Below are positions 61,216 through 64,000 of a stretch of DNA of 64,000 nt, one piece after another. The DNA comes from Mobula hypostoma. Lineage: Eukaryota. The first letter of the stretch is position 1. Every line of letters begins with the position of its first letter. Location of the stretch: assembly GCF_963921235.1 (NCBI RefSeq), contig NC_086097.1, forward strand, positions 37,202,001-37,266,000, in the 5' to 3' direction. Position numbers and translations under genes: made by a program. The notes under the pieces are model-generated. The model was given only the letters and a program-made list of their open reading frames with translations. It had not been told where the DNA came from and made no database searches.

Positions 61216-61835
61216 GTTTGCTAAAGTCAAAGTACACTTCTTTAAAAAGAAAGCCATTTCTCAATGCACTCATACCTGGAAAATGAAAACCGAGTAAACT
61301 AAATATATTGGTGCTTTCACATTTGCTATCTCTACATGTCTTACTGTACATACCCGCATATTTAATTGGCCAGCTGCCCATCTATGTTTCAGTTGGTTGG
61401 CTGGCTTTTCATGTCTTCTTTAAGCTAACTGGAAAAATTTGCCATAACCTGCCCTGCCTGCTTTGCTTTCAATAGTTTGAAAAGCCACACTAAGACACTC
61501 ACTAGCTGCTTGTAGCCACGTGCTTCACAAGCAGTAAGTAAACTACAAAGTTCCACAAATGGCAATGAAGTGAATAACTAGTTAACCGATGTGATACTAT
61601 TGAATGAACAATATATCCTGGTAAAAATACTGAGAAAACTCCTAGCTCTTCCTAAACAATTACCTAAGCATCTTTTATAAATACATCAATACGTCATCTG
61701 GAAGATGTCACTATCAATTGTCCAGCATCCCTTCAGTATCACAATGAAATGTCAGTGTAATATAATGAAAACCAACACAGAAAACAACAACGTATCCCTT
61801 ATTACACTGAGCAACAATTGTCTCAATAAAGATAA

Positions 61836-62240
61836 CTTACTTACTGTACATTACTCCACTGGCATTTAGGGGAACAATGAAGTTCCTCCCTCCCCGGTTG
61901 TGTTCAGGGCTTCCTTCGTCATGTCAGTAGCTTTCCCTTGGCCTTAATTACTGTCAAACATGCAGGTCCTGGGTGGAGGCTCAGGAATACCGTCACACTC
62001 AGATGGAGAAGGAGTCTTCATTTCTGTTTCCGTAACAATTTTGTTTGACCAGACAGGGTTGCTAACCCTGAGCTGAACCCCTGAACCTGGAGGATCAGTG
62101 GACCACACACAGACTGACCTTTACCCTTTGACCTGTTTGGCATGGATGACCCTACACAGAGCCAAAGCATAAAGCCCTGACTCCAGCCAACATAGCTCTC
62201 CATGTCATTGACAAGGTTGTGGTTCACTTGCAGGAATAAC
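61836..62240 (-). repeat. Non-LTR/SINE-like repeat with (TAAG)n tail, family unassigned (RTE-related guess)
   Basis: acttacttactg tail at the left end and element-like composition. No diagnostic ORF. Confidence 0.35.
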
Positions 62241-62254
62241 GATACCTGAGACTC

Positions 62255-64000
62255 TATAAGTCCATAAGACCCAGGAGCAGAATTAGGCCATTCAGCCCAT
62301 CAAGTCTGCTCTGCCATTCTATCATGGCTGATCCCAGATCCCACTCAATCCCATACACCTGCCTTCTCGCCATATCCTTTGATGCCCTGACCAATCAGGA
62401 AACTATCAAATTCTGCCTGAAATAGGTGCATGGGCTTGGCCTCCACCACAGTCTGTGGCACAGCATTCCACAGACCCACTACTCTTTGGCCTAAAAAATT
62501 CCTCCTTACATCTGTTCAAAAAGGTCACCCTTCAATTTTGAGGCTGTGCCCTCTAGTTCTGGATACACCCTCCATAGGAAACATCCTCTCCTTATCTAGT
62601 CCTTTCAACATTTAGTAGGTTTCAATGAAACACCCCTGCATTCTTCTAATTCCATTGAGTGCAGACCCAAAGTTGCCAAATGCTCCTCATCTATCAACCC
62701 CTTCATTCCCAGAATCATCCTCGTGAACCCCCCTCTGGACCCTCTCCAATGAAAACACATACTTTCTGAGATAAGGGGCCCAGAATTGTTGACAATACTC
62801 TAAGTGCGGCCTGATTAATGTCTTATAAAGGCTCAGCATTATCTCCTTGCTTTTATGTTCTATTCCCCTTGAAATAAATGCCAACATTGCGTTTGCCATC
62901 TTTACCACAGACTCAGTCTGTAAATTAACCTTCTGGGAGTCTTGCATAAGGACTCCTAAGTCCCTCTGCACCTCTGATCTTTGAACCTTCTCTTCATTTA
63001 GATAATAGTCTACACTATTGCTCCTTTTACAAAAATGCATTACCATACATTTCCCAACACTGTATTCCATCTGCCACTTTTACGCCCATTCTTCCAATTC
63101 ATCTAAGTCCTACTGCAATTGCATTGCTTCCTCAGCACTACCAACCATTTCTTCTGTGGGACATATCTATCCTGCACCTTGTGAACTATTCGCAGAAACT
63201 TCAGTCATCTCTGCTCTGCCGTCACCCCCGCCAGTATCCTCTTACAATCCACCTGGGCAAGCTCCTCTCTCATGCCTCTGTAATTCCCTTTATTCTATTG
63301 AGATACTGATTCACCTAAAGTGCTTCTCCCTCTCAAACTGCAATATGAATTCAATCATATGATCACTGCTTCCTAAGGCTTCTTTACGTTAAGCTCCCTA
63401 ATAAGTTCTGAGTTATTACACAACACCCAAGCTAAGATAGTCCTTCCCCAAGCAGGCTCAAGTACAAGCTGCTCTAAAAATTCATCTCGTAGGCATTCAA
63501 CAAATTCCCTCTCTTTCAATCTGTCGCCAACCTGATTTTCCCAATTCCCTTGTTTTCCCATTACAATTGTGTCATTACCCTTATTACATGCCTTTTCCAG
63601 CTCCCTTTGCAATCTCAACCCCACATGTTGGCTACTATTTGGAGGTCTATATATGATACCCATAATGTTTTTTTTACCCTTGCAGTTTCTTAACTCCATC
63701 CACAAAGATTCAACAATCTCTGACCCTATGTCACCTCTTTCTAAAGATGTAATTCCATCTCTTACCAACACAGCCACGCCACCACCTATGCCTTCCTGCC
63801 TGTTCTTTCGATACAAAGTGTATCCTTTGATGTTAAGCTCCCAACTATGGCCTTCTTTCAGCCATGGCTCAGTGATGCCCACAACGTCATACCAACCAAT
63901 CTCTAATTGCACCAAGAGTTTGCCCACCTTATTCCAAATACTATGCGTGTTTAAACACAGCACCTTCATTCCTGCATTCTTCGCCCTTTTGAATTTTGCC
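62255..64000 (-). mobile_element. CR1 LINE with large internal deletion (APE joined almost directly to RT C-terminus), running off the window
   Basis: ORF 63373..63969 (APE) and 62687..63070 (RPHLEYC..FWAP). Tail ataagtccataagac. Confidence 0.9.

Overview
Eukaryotic (vertebrate) genomic DNA. The repeat content (CR1, Rex1/Babar-type LINEs, V-SINEs, Penelope-like GIY-YIG elements) suggests a cartilaginous fish, probably a ray; this is inference. The only host gene is MNAT1 (MAT1, the RING-finger assembly subunit of CAK/TFIIH) on the minus strand: coding exons 1-4 at 47528-47440, 12553-12401, 10621-10548 and 6670-6567, with a ~34.9 kb first intron. Later exons probably lie left of the window. 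Most remaining sequence is nested transposable elements: several CR1 LINEs (one nearly full length), a Tigger/pogo and a Tc1 DNA transposon, solo LTRs, Rex1/Babar fragments and many Penelope-like (Neptune-type) 3' ends. Three RNA-level signals stand out. (1) The Penelope-like 3' ends carry a minimal type I hammerhead ribozyme, about 12 copies, one fully intact at 46067-46104, with all copies in MNAT1 sense orientation damaged. (2) The CR1 ORF1/ORF2 junction has an in-frame U_UUA_AAC slippery heptamer, directly before the ORF1 stop in the best copy, where a -1 shift opens ORF2; the heptamer recurs in 3-4 independent copies. (3) Penelope copies occur as head-to-head inverted pairs, including a ~1.8 kb near-palindrome at 59389-61190. 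Repeat boundaries were read by eye and are approximate unless a TSD or TIR is given.
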